A stretch of DNA of 20,000 nt from an uncultured virus (IMG/VR IMGVR_UViG_3300026522_000029) (Duplodnaviria > Heunggongvirae > Uroviricota > Caudoviricetes): the IMG/VR virus record IMGVR_UViG_3300026522_000029; one strand, given 5' to 3'. A model generated the notes under the pieces. The model ran no database searches and was not told the origin of the DNA. It saw only the letters and a program-made list of their open reading frames with translations. Below, piece by piece: positions 19,872-20,000 of the stretch. A program made the translations under genes and the position numbers. Position 1 is the stretch's first letter, and each line of letters begins with the position of its first letter.

Positions 19872-20000
19872 ACGGCAAAACCAACAGTTAGTATGTGTTA
19901 TTGCACACAGTGCGGTTCTTCTTTCCCTATTCTAAGAACAAATAAAAAAATAAGAGAGCCTGGCCATTTGAAAAAATTATGGTGCAACAAATGTAAGAAG
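19872..20000 (+). CDS. Small zinc-ribbon protein, loosely bL33-like (partial; runs off the window)
   Basis: (T)AKPTVSMCYCTQCGSSFPILRTNKKIREPGHLKKLWCNKCKK has two CxxC pairs; GAGGTG RBS at 19860-65; promoter upstream. Start codon uncertain. Confidence 0.65.

Larger units (their letters stand above)
1..20000 (-). mobile_element. Tailed phage virion morphogenesis module with TAG stop-codon reassignment
   Basis: Co-oriented, tightly packed minus-strand genes in canonical order: portal, protease/scaffold, capsid, neck, tail, chaperone, tape measure. No host housekeeping genes or integration features are visible. Confidence 0.95.

Noticed and set aside
1..20000. Suppressor tRNA, other tRNA/rRNA or CRISPR array
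   Set aside because: No cloverleaf or regularly spaced repeats seen; the non-coding stretches are explained by introns, promoters and terminators. The decoding machinery must lie outside this window.

Overview
AT-rich window from a tailed dsDNA phage, probably a siphovirus-type phage of a Bacillota host (GGAGG ribosome-binding sites, sigma-A consensus promoters). It carries the virion morphogenesis operon on the minus strand: PD-(D/E)xK nuclease, portal, prohead protease/scaffold, decoration-like protein, major capsid, neck/head-tail genes, major tail protein, chaperone and tape measure. The supplied ORF track is fragmented for two reasons. (1) TAG is a sense codon: I count 27 in-frame TAGs in 13 genes, reading through them gives full-length genes with proper RBSs, and every reconstructed gene ends in TAA or TGA. 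Several TAG contexts fit Glu better than the Gln normally assumed for recoded phages (code 15); this is the main hypothesis to test. (2) Three group I introns interrupt structural genes: two in the major tail gene (one with an HNH ORF, one ORF-less and next to a free-standing LAGLIDADG gene) and one in a head-tail adaptor-like gene (with a TAG-containing LAGLIDADG ORF). Also present: a hidden plus-strand LytTR-domain gene and a recurrent GC palindrome, GGCGGCGCCGCC, inside coding sequence. Functional calls come from motif recognition and gene order, not database searches.
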